Source: an uncultured Candidatus Peribacteria bacterium (lineage in GTDB: Bacteria; Patescibacteriota; Gracilibacteria; UBA4473). From it: 39,785 nt of DNA. Below the pieces are notes generated by a model. The model did not search any database. It saw nothing but the letters and a program-made list of their open reading frames with translations, and was not told where the DNA came from. Made by a program: the position numbers and the translations under genes. The DNA lies in the NCBI GenBank assembly GCA_964468965.1, contig CAYXXA010000005.1, positions 1 to 39,785 on the forward strand. The letters run 5' to 3'. This document shows, one piece after another, positions 1 to 9,535 of this stretch (within the stretch, counting starts at the first letter, position 1; each line of letters opens with the position of its first letter).

Positions 1-313
1 TTCGAATTTCTGTTTTAATATCAGAACTCAAGTCAAAAGTCTTTGGAGCAAGATACAAATAATCTCGAACAAGTGGCACTTCATTGCTCTTCCCTTTTAC
101 TACCATTGACTTTCGCATAAAAGGAACACTAATAATGGGACCTGAAAATATTTGTGCCTGTCCCCATTTTTCACTGATTTCTGATTTTACTTCATCCTGG
201 CGATTTTCTCTCTCTCGAACTAAACCCTGAATCATGATTTTAGGAATCAGAAGTAATAAAACAAGGAAGGCAATAAAAATTACTTTTGCCGTAACCGTTT
301 GAAGAAATCCCAT
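1..313 (-). CDS. creD: Inner membrane protein CreD, N-terminal part (runs off the left edge)
   Basis: Not in the ORF track. Manual translation from ATG 313: MGFLQTVTAKVIFIAFLVLLLLIPKIMIQGLVRERENRQDEVKSEISEKWGQAQIFSGPIISVPF...YLAPKTFDLSSDIKTEIR, matching the CreD N-terminal pattern (LLIP..MI..L..ER..R..EV...I...WG..Q...GP). Overlaps the upstream gene end by 34 bp. Confidence 0.85.
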   Translation of the reverse strand, partial: MGFLQTVTAKVIFIAFLVLLLLIPKIMIQGLVRERENRQDEVKSEISEKWGQAQIFSGPIISVPFMRKSMVVKGKSNEVPLVRDYLYLAPKTFDLSSDIKTEIR

Positions 314-966
314 ATTTTTTTAATTATTTTTCGACTAAAAATGTACCAAACATATTGACTTAAGTCTATTATTTTTTCCCTTAAAAGAAAATAACCTATC
401 CAACAAAATAAAATCTCCCACTTAAAATACCAAGCAATCCCTAAAATCTCGCGAAATATAAAATATGGCTCTTTTATATATCGTCCATAATGATAAGTCA
501 CGGGATAAAATTGAGCCTTATGTAATCCATATCGCCAAGCAAATAATTTTATCCGAGCCAGATGGAAATCATTGGACACAAAAATATACGATTTATCCTT
601 TTCTAGATGTTTAATAGTCGCTCGAGTATTGATGCCATTATAATCGAGGATCATCTTTGATGCTGGAATATGCACCTCTCGCATCAATTTTTTCATCACA
701 TCTACTTCATGTTTTCCATAAATTGACGGTCCACCAGAAAGCACAAGACAATTTACTTTTTTTTGCTGATAAAGTTCTATTCCCCCTAAAATACGATCAT
801 AAAGTGGATACGATGGGACATCATCACGCCACACGGCCGCCCCAAAAATAACCGCACAGTCAGCCGGTTTTTGCACCCTGTCAAAATAATTAATACCAAT
901 AAAACTCGTGATAACAAACACACTCAAAATAGGAATTCCGAGTCCATACTTAAATAACTTCTTCAT
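280..966 (-). CDS. YdcF/SanA/ElyC (DUF218) family membrane-anchored protein
   Basis: N-terminal TM, AVIFGAAV, R...GIELY, LSGG, EVDVM, NTRAT, VSNDFHLAR and FREILG motifs of DUF218. Confidence 0.85.
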   Translation of the reverse strand: MKKLFKYGLGIPILSVFVITSFIGINYFDRVQKPADCAVIFGAAVWRDDVPSYPLYDRILGGIELYQQKKVNCLVLSGGPSIYGKHEVDVMKKLMREVHIPASKMILDYNGINTRATIKHLEKDKSYIFVSNDFHLARIKLFAWRYGLHKAQFYPVTYHYGRYIKEPYFIFREILGIAWYFKWEILFCWIGYFLLREKIIDLSQYVWYIFSRKIIKKIWDFFKRLRQK

Positions 967-1011
967 AATCAGAGTCTAAAGTTTTTATCTGAAATACGAA
1001 AACAAAAAAGC

Positions 1012-1728
1012 CTAATCAAACTTTCCCCAATCAATAGGTGTTACTCCCTTTTCTAGTAAATATTGATTAGTTCTACTAAAAGGTTTACTTCCAAAAAAAC
1101 CAGTATGAACGGAAAACGGACTTGGATGTGCTGATTTTATAATGAAATGTTTATTCGTATCAATTAAAGATACCTTTGATTGAGCAAATCTTCCCCATAG
1201 AATAAAAACTAGGTTTTCTTTATATTCTGATAGCGACCGAATAATCTGATCGGTAAAATACTGCCAACCAATTTTACTATGTGAATTTGCTTCGTGAGCT
1301 CGAACGGTTAGCGTTGCATTTAACATTAAAACACCTTGCTTTGCCCATGACTCTAAATTTCCATGATTCGGGAAAACAAAATGCCCTGCACCGATATCGG
1401 TTTCTAACTCCTTATAAATATTTTGTAATGACGGTGGTATTTTCTTGTTTTTCTTGGGTATGGAAAAAGATAATCCATGAGCGTGTGGACTCATTTTCCC
1501 ATTAACTAATTCGGTTGAATGGTAGGGATCTTGTCCAAGAATAACCACCTTTACCTTATCCCAAGGGCAAAGATTAAGCGCTTGAAAAATCAATTTAGGC
1601 GGAGGAAAAAATTGATGACCAGCGGCTATTTCTGATTTCAAAAACGTTTTAATCTCTTTGAAATAAGGTTTATCCGACTCCATCTGCAAAATATTTTGCC
1701 ACCCTGATTCTAGTTGAAGTTTTGCCAT
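1012..1728 (-). CDS. ung: Uracil-DNA glycosylase (family 1)
   Basis: KVVILGQDPYH, AHGLSFS, PPSLQNIYKEL, GVLMLNATLTV, HPSPFS motifs. Confidence 0.97.
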   Translation of the reverse strand: MAKLQLESGWQNILQMESDKPYFKEIKTFLKSEIAAGHQFFPPPKLIFQALNLCPWDKVKVVILGQDPYHSTELVNGKMSPHAHGLSFSIPKKNKKIPPSLQNIYKELETDIGAGHFVFPNHGNLESWAKQGVLMLNATLTVRAHEANSHSKIGWQYFTDQIIRSLSEYKENLVFILWGRFAQSKVSLIDTNKHFIIKSAHPSPFSVHTGFFGSKPFSRTNQYLLEKGVTPIDWGKFD

Positions 1729-2064
1729 CTATTTTTTAAAAATATAAATCCAAGTACCGACGGCCGAAAACCAAAGAAGGTAAACCAAAGCGATATTCAT
1801 CCAGTACCGATCAGAATATTGACTAAGCCAATAAAGTCCCAAAATGGAAGTGACAAAGAAAGCAATTCCCCAAAACCCACCTTCAAGAAAGAGTCGTATT
1901 TTTTCTGGACTTTTAGTATCCACGGTCACAAAAATGAAAGAAAGAATAAAGATCATTGGAACCGCGGAAATAACCCCTGCTAATTTTTCACCAAATAGCT
2001 TTGATGTCAGTAACACCAATCCGATAATAAAGCCACCAAATATACTTTTTAATAAAATTTCCAT
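1729..2064 (-). CDS. Small 4-TM membrane protein (DUF3147/GlpM-like)
   Basis: 111 aa with four hydrophobic segments and the K...GG...AGVISAVP pattern; abuts ung. Confidence 0.6.
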   Translation of the reverse strand: MEILLKSIFGGFIIGLVLLTSKLFGEKLAGVISAVPMIFILSFIFVTVDTKSPEKIRLFLEGGFWGIAFFVTSILGLYWLSQYSDRYWMNIALVYLLWFSAVGTWIYIFKK

Positions 2065-2067
2065 ACA

Positions 2068-2415
2068 CTAGGAAACGAGTGCTGAAATACCAACGGTAAG
2101 CAACATAATCACTAGAGCAATCACAATAATAACGCCATAAAGCATCAACGTTCCTACAAAGTTATATCCCAAAACAGCAAAACATCGTTTCACAAAACTA
2201 TCAGAGTTTAACCATCCTTTATACGAATACGTTTCCCCACTTGGCGGTACATTTATCGGAAACTCCATCACAGGTTCTGTTGTCTTTTTAGTAACTTTTT
2301 TAGGCGCAACTTTTCTTTTAGCTGTCACTTTTTTTGACGTTATTGTTTTTTTAGAAATAGCTTTTTTCACTACCTTTTTCGCTTTTGTTGTTGCCGATTT
2401 CTTTTTTTCTGCCAT
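2068..2415 (-). CDS. Hypothetical membrane protein with Lys/Ala/Thr-rich (histone H1-like) N-terminus
   Basis: AEKKKSATTKAKKVVKKAISKK... followed by WLNSDSFVKRCFAVLGY and a C-terminal TM; in the secDF operon. Confidence 0.7.
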   Translation of the reverse strand: MAEKKKSATTKAKKVVKKAISKKTITSKKVTAKRKVAPKKVTKKTTEPVMEFPINVPPSGETYSYKGWLNSDSFVKRCFAVLGYNFVGTLMLYGVIIVIALVIMLLTVGISALVS

Positions 2416-2451
2416 GTTATTTAAGGGATTACTATAAAGTAATTGTAATCA

Positions 2452-3357
2452 TTAATTTCGAGCATCAGACCAATTTTTCCAGGTTACAAGTGCTGGTGCC
2501 GCGATAAATATTGACGAATAAGTCCCTACTACAATACCTAAAGTTAAGGCTAAAATAAAGTAGAAAATAGACTCAGCACCATAAAAGAGCAAACCAAGTA
2601 GTGGAAGAAGGGTTGATATTGACGTAAACAACGATCGTCTAAGTGTCTGTTGTATTGATTTTTCTACCGTGTCCTCAAAGGTTTCAGATCCTTTCTGTAA
2701 TCGAATATTTTCTCTTACTCTGTCCAGTATAACGATGGTATCATTGATAGAAAACCCAAGTGTTGCTAGTAGTGCTGTAATAAATGGCAGATCGAGTTCT
2801 ATTCCTGAAACAGCGCCAAGTACGGTGAAAATACCCAAAACAATAATAATATCGTGGAAAAGAGCAATAATCGCCACGCCTCCAAATCGCCATGGATTGA
2901 TAGCCGCTGGCACTTTACGAAAAGCAAAAGCGACAAATAGAATCATCCCAAGTAACGCAATCCCGATCGCCCAAAAGGCTTTTTCTTTAAAACTTGCCCC
3001 AATATTTGAATCTACTTTTCTAAATGATTTTTCTGTAAAATCACCAACCGTGTTTTTTAGATCTGAGGCAATTGATTGAATAACCTTATCATCAAGATCT
3101 TCTATGGTAATCAAATAGGTACTATCATCTGATTTTTGAATTTGAACGCCTTGAGTAAGAGTTGATTGTTGTGCAAAGAAGTCTTTTAAATCCTTTGTTG
3201 TTATCGTTTTATCCTGAAATTGAATATCCCATCTTGTTCCTCCTGTGAAATCCAATCCAAGATTTAATCCAAAAGTTACTATCGCTAATAAGCTAGCCAA
3301 AACCAACGTTATAGAGATAGTAAACCAAAGTTTTCGAGTTTTTGTAATATTGATCAT
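2452..3357 (-). CDS. secF: Protein translocase subunit SecF
   Basis: GLNLGLDFTGG, ALFHD, LGFSINDTIVILDRVREN, GTYSSIFIA. Confidence 0.97.
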   Translation of the reverse strand: MINITKTRKLWFTISITLVLASLLAIVTFGLNLGLDFTGGTRWDIQFQDKTITTKDLKDFFAQQSTLTQGVQIQKSDDSTYLITIEDLDDKVIQSIASDLKNTVGDFTEKSFRKVDSNIGASFKEKAFWAIGIALLGMILFVAFAFRKVPAAINPWRFGGVAIIALFHDIIIVLGIFTVLGAVSGIELDLPFITALLATLGFSINDTIVILDRVRENIRLQKGSETFEDTVEKSIQQTLRRSLFTSISTLLPLLGLLFYGAESIFYFILALTLGIVVGTYSSIFIAAPALVTWKNWSDARN

Positions 3358-3374
3358 GAGTATTAAATTATCTA

Positions 3375-5573
3375 TTATTTTTTAGCTTTTCTTTTACGAA
3401 CTTTCGCTCCAGCAACCTTTTTCCCAATCTCTGATTCAGCAACTCCAAAAAGTGCTGGTTTTTGTAATGGTTTAAAGAGAAGGAGAAATCGTAGTAAATT
3501 TCGTGAAACAATAATTGCGGTAAACATAGAAAGTAGTGTTCCAACGATAAGAGTAACCGCAAACCCTTTGATAACGGAACTCCCTAGAAAGAAAAGAATC
3601 ACACAAATAAGTAATGTCGTGGAATTTGAGTCTCGGATAGCCGTCCATGCTCGCTCAAAGCCAAGATCAATTGATTGCGAAAGCGTTCGTCCTTTTCTGA
3701 GTTCTTCTTTCATTCTTTCAAAGATAAGGATATTTCCATCAACCGCTAACCCTATGGAAAGCGCGATTCCAGCCGCTCCTGCTAAAGAAAGAACGATTGG
3801 TCCACCAAAGGCTTCTGGCCAAACTTTTAAAATAGCGATAAAGAGAACCGTATAAATAACAAGGGCAATCGAAGCAATTAGTCCAGGAAATCGGTAGAAC
3901 AAAATCATAAAAATCATCGTGGCAAATAAACCAAGAGCTCCAGCCTTTAAACTTTTTTCCAACTGATCTTTTCCTAGTTGTGCCTGAATAGTTGTCTGCC
4001 CTGAAAGCTTCACCGGTGCATCAATCGCCCCAAGATTCAAACGGTCAGCTAAATCATGGGCTGAATTAAAGTCAAAGCTTCCTGTGATTTGTGCGTCACG
4101 TCCAATAATTTGCTCTCGCACTGTGGGTTGAGTTATCCAATTCCCTCCAACTTTAATCCCTAGTCTACATGGCTGTTTTTGATCTTCACTTCCCCCACAA
4201 CTTCGACTCGCTACATGTTTCGTCAATTCCGCAAACATATCACCCCCCTCTTTATCAAATCTCAAATTCACTAAAGGTTGCCCTACTTGATCATATCCAA
4301 CCGTTGCTAGTTCTAATTGAGATCCGCCAAGTGGTGTTTTTACCCAGCTTACATTTGATTTATCCCAAACGATCATATCGTAAGTATACTTCGGTTCTGT
4401 AACCGTTTTTTTCTCTTCTTTGGTAACTCCCGTAACCTCAATAACATGAAAACCAAAATCAGTTTCAACTACATGATCGATCAACTGAGGGGCATCAACC
4501 GCAAATACGGCTTCTTCAAACGGTGGCACCATTTGCCCTTTCCCAAATTCTCCAAGCTCACCATAACTTCGTTGAGCCGCTCCCTCCGTACTTAATTCTT
4601 TTGCTAAATCACTAAATTCTTCCGTTCCTTCTTCTTTCAATTTTGCAAGTATTTCTTCTGCCTTAGCCTTTGCCTCTTCTTTTGTTTTGTATTTTACATC
4701 CTCACCCGCCTTCATTGCCCCTGTGTAACCAAATAGAATATGTCGTGCCTTTCGTTTCGCTTCTACATTTTTTTCTCGTTCAACCGATTCGACTTTCGTT
4801 ACCTTTGCCAACGCGAAAACATCTCGTGCATAGGGCAACCCATCAAACTCTATTTTCCCATCCTCTGTTACTTTGTACTCTGGTTGAATCGTCGTTTCAA
4901 TAACCTGTGGAACAATATTCCCTTCCCCTGTTTTTGTGATTAGTTCCGCTAATTTTATATCTGATATTTCATCGCTAAAGGTCGGTCTAAATGATTCATA
5001 GGTAACCAAATCATCTTCTTTGGCTAGTTCTTTCCCCTTCGGTGTAAAAGTTTCTGGTGTTAGATTTTTGAGAATAGCGGCTATTTTAAATTTAAGTTTT
5101 TTAACTAAATCTGGATTTTCTTCAAAAAACTCTAGTCGATTATCTTGTTCTGCATCCCTTTTGGCTTTTTCTACATCCGTATTTGGAGGCATTTGAATCA
5201 ATACATGCTCTTCTTTCTCATTATTAACAAAAACAGAAGATCGTTTTACCACGATTTCACCAACCCCAGCTGGATTCACTCTTTTCTCCAAAGCATCACG
5301 AACTGACTCTACAATTTGATTAACATTGACATCATTTTGTGGATCATCATCACTATTTTGAGCTTTGATTTCTGTTAAATCCACACGATAATCCAATTCC
5401 GTCCCCCCTTGAAGGTCGAGCCCAAGGGCGATTTTAAATTTTTCTAAGGTTTTGGTGATTGAACTTTCTGGTCCAAATTGCTGACGATAGAAAGAGGCTG
5501 GTGCTGCCAAAATAGCAGCTATCAATGTAATAGCCACCACTATAATAAAACGATTGATAATCTGTTGTTTCAT
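3375..5573 (-). CDS. secD: Protein translocase subunit SecD with inserted parvulin-type PPIase domain
   Basis: LGLDLQGG, GLAVDGNILIFERMKEE, AIRDSN.TT, KGFAVTL. Internal ARHILF...GELG.F.KGQMVPPFEEAVF...ETDFGFHVIEV at about 4431-4760. Confidence 0.95.
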   Translation of the reverse strand: MKQQIINRFIIVVAITLIAAILAAPASFYRQQFGPESSITKTLEKFKIALGLDLQGGTELDYRVDLTEIKAQNSDDDPQNDVNVNQIVESVRDALEKRVNPAGVGEIVVKRSSVFVNNEKEEHVLIQMPPNTDVEKAKRDAEQDNRLEFFEENPDLVKKLKFKIAAILKNLTPETFTPKGKELAKEDDLVTYESFRPTFSDEISDIKLAELITKTGEGNIVPQVIETTIQPEYKVTEDGKIEFDGLPYARDVFALAKVTKVESVEREKNVEAKRKARHILFGYTGAMKAGEDVKYKTKEEAKAKAEEILAKLKEEGTEEFSDLAKELSTEGAAQRSYGELGEFGKGQMVPPFEEAVFAVDAPQLIDHVVETDFGFHVIEVTGVTKEEKKTVTEPKYTYDMIVWDKSNVSWVKTPLGGSQLELATVGYDQVGQPLVNLRFDKEGGDMFAELTKHVASRSCGGSEDQKQPCRLGIKVGGNWITQPTVREQIIGRDAQITGSFDFNSAHDLADRLNLGAIDAPVKLSGQTTIQAQLGKDQLEKSLKAGALGLFATMIFMILFYRFPGLIASIALVIYTVLFIAILKVWPEAFGGPIVLSLAGAAGIALSIGLAVDGNILIFERMKEELRKGRTLSQSIDLGFERAWTAIRDSNSTTLLICVILFFLGSSVIKGFAVTLIVGTLLSMFTAIIVSRNLLRFLLLFKPLQKPALFGVAESEIGKKVAGAKVRKRKAKK

Positions 5574-5782
5574 GTCTTTTATGAGGAAAAATTAAGGATT
5601 CTGCTGGATTTTAGAATATTTTTAGTGGTCGTCAAATTGAAAAAGCAAAGTTCTTTCATTTTCTACTTATTCGTATTCTTTTTCTAAAAAATTAGAGTTA
5701 TTTCTCCATATTTTATTTTTTATATTATTATCTTGGCACGATAAAAATTTATCAGTAAAATCCAAATAACCCCATAAATTAA

Positions 5783-8332
5783 ATGTCCCAACCTTTTGTA
5801 AATCTTCATACACATTCTTTTTACTCTATCCTCCAGAGCATGATGTCTCCACAGGATATTTTGGAAAAAGCAAAAACATTACAGTGTCCCGCCGTAGCAC
5901 TTACCGACAACGGTGTTGGATACGGACTGATTGACTTTTATAAAAAAGCCGAAAAGGTAGGTAACATAAAACCTATCCTTGGTGTAGAGCTCGCTATCGC
6001 TAAAGATTCTCGATTTGAGAAACGAACAGGAATTGATGGAAACGAGGGATATTTAGTTTTGATAGCACAAAACTTTAAAGGTTATGAAAATCTACTAAAA
6101 CTTATTTCCATTGCCCAGCTTGAAGGCCTTTTTCAGCAACCAAGAATTGATTGGGAATGCCTATCACAAAATCAGGAAGGGCTTATCGCTCTTAGTGGTG
6201 GAACAAACGGACTCTTAGGAAAAGAACTTCAAAATAATAACCCAGATCGAGCTGAAACTTATCTAAAAAAGTGTATTGAAATCTTTGGCCAGAAAAACTT
6301 TTATCTTGAATGTGTTGCTAAGCCTGGAGAATCACAAAAAAATCTAAATCTATGGAATCTAATACAGGCTCAAAAAAATAATTTAGAAATTGTCGTCAGT
6401 TCTGATGCTCGATTTGCCGATACAGATGATGAAGAAGCCGCTGACACCCTCTACTGTATTGGAAAAAACTATACCTTATCTGATCCCCATCGTGAAAAAA
6501 TAATGCATCAAGGACATTTCAAATCATGGCAAGAAATATCCCAAGAACTTGATTATATAGAAGCCGATATTTTAGAAAAAGCCCGTCAGAATTCTCTTGA
6601 TATTGCCAAAGACATTGATCTGAAATTGGAATTTAACCAATCCCTCCTCCCTCATTTTGAAGTGGAAAAAGGTGAAACTGAAGCTTCACAGCTAGAAAAA
6701 AATTGCCAGGCTGGATTTATAAAACGAGGATTTAATAAAATCCTTTCCGCCAAACAACAACAAACCTATCAAGACCGACTTAAATACGAACTTCAAATTA
6801 TCGGAAGAATGGGATTTGATGCTTATTTTTTGATCGTTGAGGACTTTATGAAATTTGCGAAGGAAAGCGGTATTGCGGTTGGACCAGGCCGTGGATCTGC
6901 TGCAGGTTCACTGGTTTCTTATCTTTTGGAAATTACTAATATTGATCCTATTGAATACGATCTACTCTTCGAACGATTTTTAAATCCAGAACGAATCTCA
7001 ATGCCTGATATCGATATTGATTTTTCTGATGAAAGACGAGATGAGGTTATGAATTACGTTATTGAAAAATACGGTATCGAAAAAGTTTCTAAAGTCTGTA
7101 CCTTTGGAACACTAGCCGCGAAAGCCGCTCTCAAGGATGTTGGTCGGGCTCAAGGTGTAGATTTTAGCGAAATGAATGCCATGACCAAAGTCATGCCCAA
7201 TACACCTGGATTTAAACTAAAAGACGCTGAAGAACTTTCTGAATTTAAAGATTTATTAAAAAAGAAACCACATCTTAACAAAGTCCTAGCCATTGCCAAA
7301 AAATTAGAAGGCTGTGTTCGACATGTTTCCGTTCACGCCTGTGCGGTAATTATTGGCGCTGATGATCTGAGTAAGTTTTGCCCGATCCAGTGGGCACCTG
7401 GGGCTGAAGAATTAAAAATAACACAATACCCTTATGAACAATTAGAGTCTATCGGCCTTCTAAAAATGGATTTTCTTGGACTTCGAAACCTTTCTATTAT
7501 CGAAAAGACCGTTAATAATATTCGTCATAGTACTGGCCAAGATATTGACCTCAATACGATTCCCATTAATGACAAAAAAACATTCGAAACGACCTTTGCC
7601 GCGGGCGAAACAACAGGTGTTTTTCAGTTTGAATCAGCTGGAATGCGACGATATCTTAAAGAACTTAAACCAACAGAATTTGAGGATTTAGTCGCTATGA
7701 ATGCCCTCTATCGTCCCGGTCCGATGGAGTACATTCCGCAATACATTGAAGGAAAACATGACCCCAAAAAGGTAAAATACATGCATCCTGCACTTGAGCC
7801 TATTCTGAATAAAACCTATGGGATTGCGGTTTATCAAGAACAAGTTCTCCGAATTGCACGAGATTTTGCTGGTTTTTCCCTTGGCGAGGCCGATATCCTT
7901 CGAAAAGCAATTGGAAAAAAAATTGCGTCAATTCTGAACGAACAACGACAAAAAATAATCGATGGAGCGTTTAATAAGGGGTTTGATAAAAAAACCGCGG
8001 CTAAAATATTTGATGAAATCATCGTTCCCTTTTCTGGATATGGTTTCAACCGAAGCCACGCTGTTTGCTATGCTCGAATTGCCTATGAAACCGCTTACCT
8101 TCGTGCCAATTATCCCGTGGAATTCATGGCCGCCATGATGACCACCGACCGAAATAATACCGATCGAATTGTTCTTGAAATGAATGAATGCCAGGCGATG
8201 GGAATTGATGTTTTACCACCTAGTATCAACGAATCGGGAAGCTACTTTACCGTCATTTGTGATAATCATGACCAGTTAACAATTTCCTCCGAAAAACCTG
8301 ATTTGGAAGCCGTAAAAGGTTCAGGAAAATAA
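5783..8332 (+). CDS. dnaE: DNA polymerase III alpha subunit, C-terminally truncated or split (PHP + catalytic core)
   Basis: GPGRGSAAGSLV, FERFLNPER.SMPDIDIDF, KMDFLGL, GVFQFES, ALYRPGP, YGFNRSHA. Stops at aa 849, shortly after LPPSINES..FTV. Confidence 0.93.
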   Translation: MSQPFVNLHTHSFYSILQSMMSPQDILEKAKTLQCPAVALTDNGVGYGLIDFYKKAEKVGNIKPILGVELAIAKDSRFEKRTGIDGNEGYLVLIAQNFKGYENLLKLISIAQLEGLFQQPRIDWECLSQNQEGLIALSGGTNGLLGKELQNNNPDRAETYLKKCIEIFGQKNFYLECVAKPGESQKNLNLWNLIQAQKNNLEIVVSSDARFADTDDEEAADTLYCIGKNYTLSDPHREKIMHQGHFKSWQEISQELDYIEADILEKARQNSLDIAKDIDLKLEFNQSLLPHFEVEKGETEASQLEKNCQAGFIKRGFNKILSAKQQQTYQDRLKYELQIIGRMGFDAYFLIVEDFMKFAKESGIAVGPGRGSAAGSLVSYLLEITNIDPIEYDLLFERFLNPERISMPDIDIDFSDERRDEVMNYVIEKYGIEKVSKVCTFGTLAAKAALKDVGRAQGVDFSEMNAMTKVMPNTPGFKLKDAEELSEFKDLLKKKPHLNKVLAIAKKLEGCVRHVSVHACAVIIGADDLSKFCPIQWAPGAEELKITQYPYEQLESIGLLKMDFLGLRNLSIIEKTVNNIRHSTGQDIDLNTIPINDKKTFETTFAAGETTGVFQFESAGMRRYLKELKPTEFEDLVAMNALYRPGPMEYIPQYIEGKHDPKKVKYMHPALEPILNKTYGIAVYQEQVLRIARDFAGFSLGEADILRKAIGKKIASILNEQRQKIIDGAFNKGFDKKTAAKIFDEIIVPFSGYGFNRSHAVCYARIAYETAYLRANYPVEFMAAMMTTDRNNTDRIVLEMNECQAMGIDVLPPSINESGSYFTVICDNHDQLTISSEKPDLEAVKGSGK

Positions 8333-8408
8333 ATATTATTTATCTTTTTTTAAAGAAGTATCGTACTTTTTGGATTTTTTATAAATTTTCATTTAAACTG
8401 TACCCTGC

Positions 8409-9491
8409 ATGAAAAAATACAGTATTCTACTCCTTATTATCATTGGTTTGACCTTTACCGCACAAGCACGTGAAGCTTTACGTGCTGATGATGTCATCAA
8501 GGTTCGAGATGGTAAAGTCGTGGACACAGGAATCTTGAGTGACGAAAAAGGAACCATCTTCCTCGAGTTTATTAAAGGTGATTTTGTAAACTATGCGAAA
8601 GATAAACAACCCTTTACAGGAGAAATTCTTCCCCCTGCCATTATTGATAAACCCTTAAAACTACCACGATACCGAATGCGTGAAATCCTAAGTTTTGAAC
8701 TCTTAACCGATAACGTTGAAACCGTTACGTTTGTTGATCGGTATTCCCTTATGCACCCAAAAGAATATCTTCGAACAACGTTGGCTAACCCAGATGGACT
8801 AATCCATGGAAGCGGTATAAAATTTCTCACACGAATCTACGATGAAGACAAGTTTGGACTTCCTACACTTTGGGTACTAGAAACCGAAAAAGAAAGCGTT
8901 CTAAAAACAGAACGAAAAAAGTATTGGAAAAAAATTGGAGGAAAGCTTGTTGAAACCGAAGAGAGTGGCGTAAAAGTTTTCTCGGCTGTACTAAATCGAA
9001 CAGGTGTTTATGGTTTATTTGATGAAGATCCAACCCCCTACTATAGTCCAAACACACCTCTAGAAACGGTTCAAAAAGTAGAAGCCTCACCTTATCCTAG
9101 TGTTGTGCCTCAAGCTCCAGCACTACCTATTACTCCACCACAAACCAATACGTCTCAAGCCACTGACGAAGATTTCTACTTTGACGAAAATGACAACCTT
9201 CAACTCGTTCCCGCTGTCAACGAACGTAAAAATAATGTACCAGTTATCGATAACCGAATCATTCCGGCTATTCAAACCCCTATTGAAGTAGTCCCCGCGG
9301 TCGATACGCCGAAAGTCCCACCCGTAAGTGAGTTTCAAAATTTACAATCTAATAATCCTAATATCAAAACTCTTCCAGTTACAGGAGCTAGTTTAACACA
9401 AACACCATCTTCTCATTTTCCTTTTGTTCTACTGCTTGCTTTTGGACTACTTGGCGGAAGTTTTTATTTGGCCTTTAAAAAACAATATTAG
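8409..9491 (+). CDS. Secreted surface protein with LPxTG-type sorting signal
   Basis: Signal peptide (MKKYSILL...AQA), Pro/Thr/Val-rich linker, LPVTG (9372-9386), hydrophobic helix, KKQY tail. Confidence 0.8.
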   Translation: MKKYSILLLIIIGLTFTAQAREALRADDVIKVRDGKVVDTGILSDEKGTIFLEFIKGDFVNYAKDKQPFTGEILPPAIIDKPLKLPRYRMREILSFELLTDNVETVTFVDRYSLMHPKEYLRTTLANPDGLIHGSGIKFLTRIYDEDKFGLPTLWVLETEKESVLKTERKKYWKKIGGKLVETEESGVKVFSAVLNRTGVYGLFDEDPTPYYSPNTPLETVQKVEASPYPSVVPQAPALPITPPQTNTSQATDEDFYFDENDNLQLVPAVNERKNNVPVIDNRIIPAIQTPIEVVPAVDTPKVPPVSEFQNLQSNNPNIKTLPVTGASLTQTPSSHFPFVLLLAFGLLGGSFYLAFKKQY

Positions 9492-9535
9492 GCATAAACT
9501 TGCTTTAAATCATGTTTTAATGTAGAAAGCAAGTA

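Noticed and set aside
8258-8332. DnaE tail CDNHDQLTISSEK... as a short split-intein N-fragment
   Set aside because: It starts with Cys and has a similar length to atypical N-inteins, but lacks the block A pattern (C-hydrophobic-x-x-D/G-T-x-V/I), and no C-intein partner is visible.
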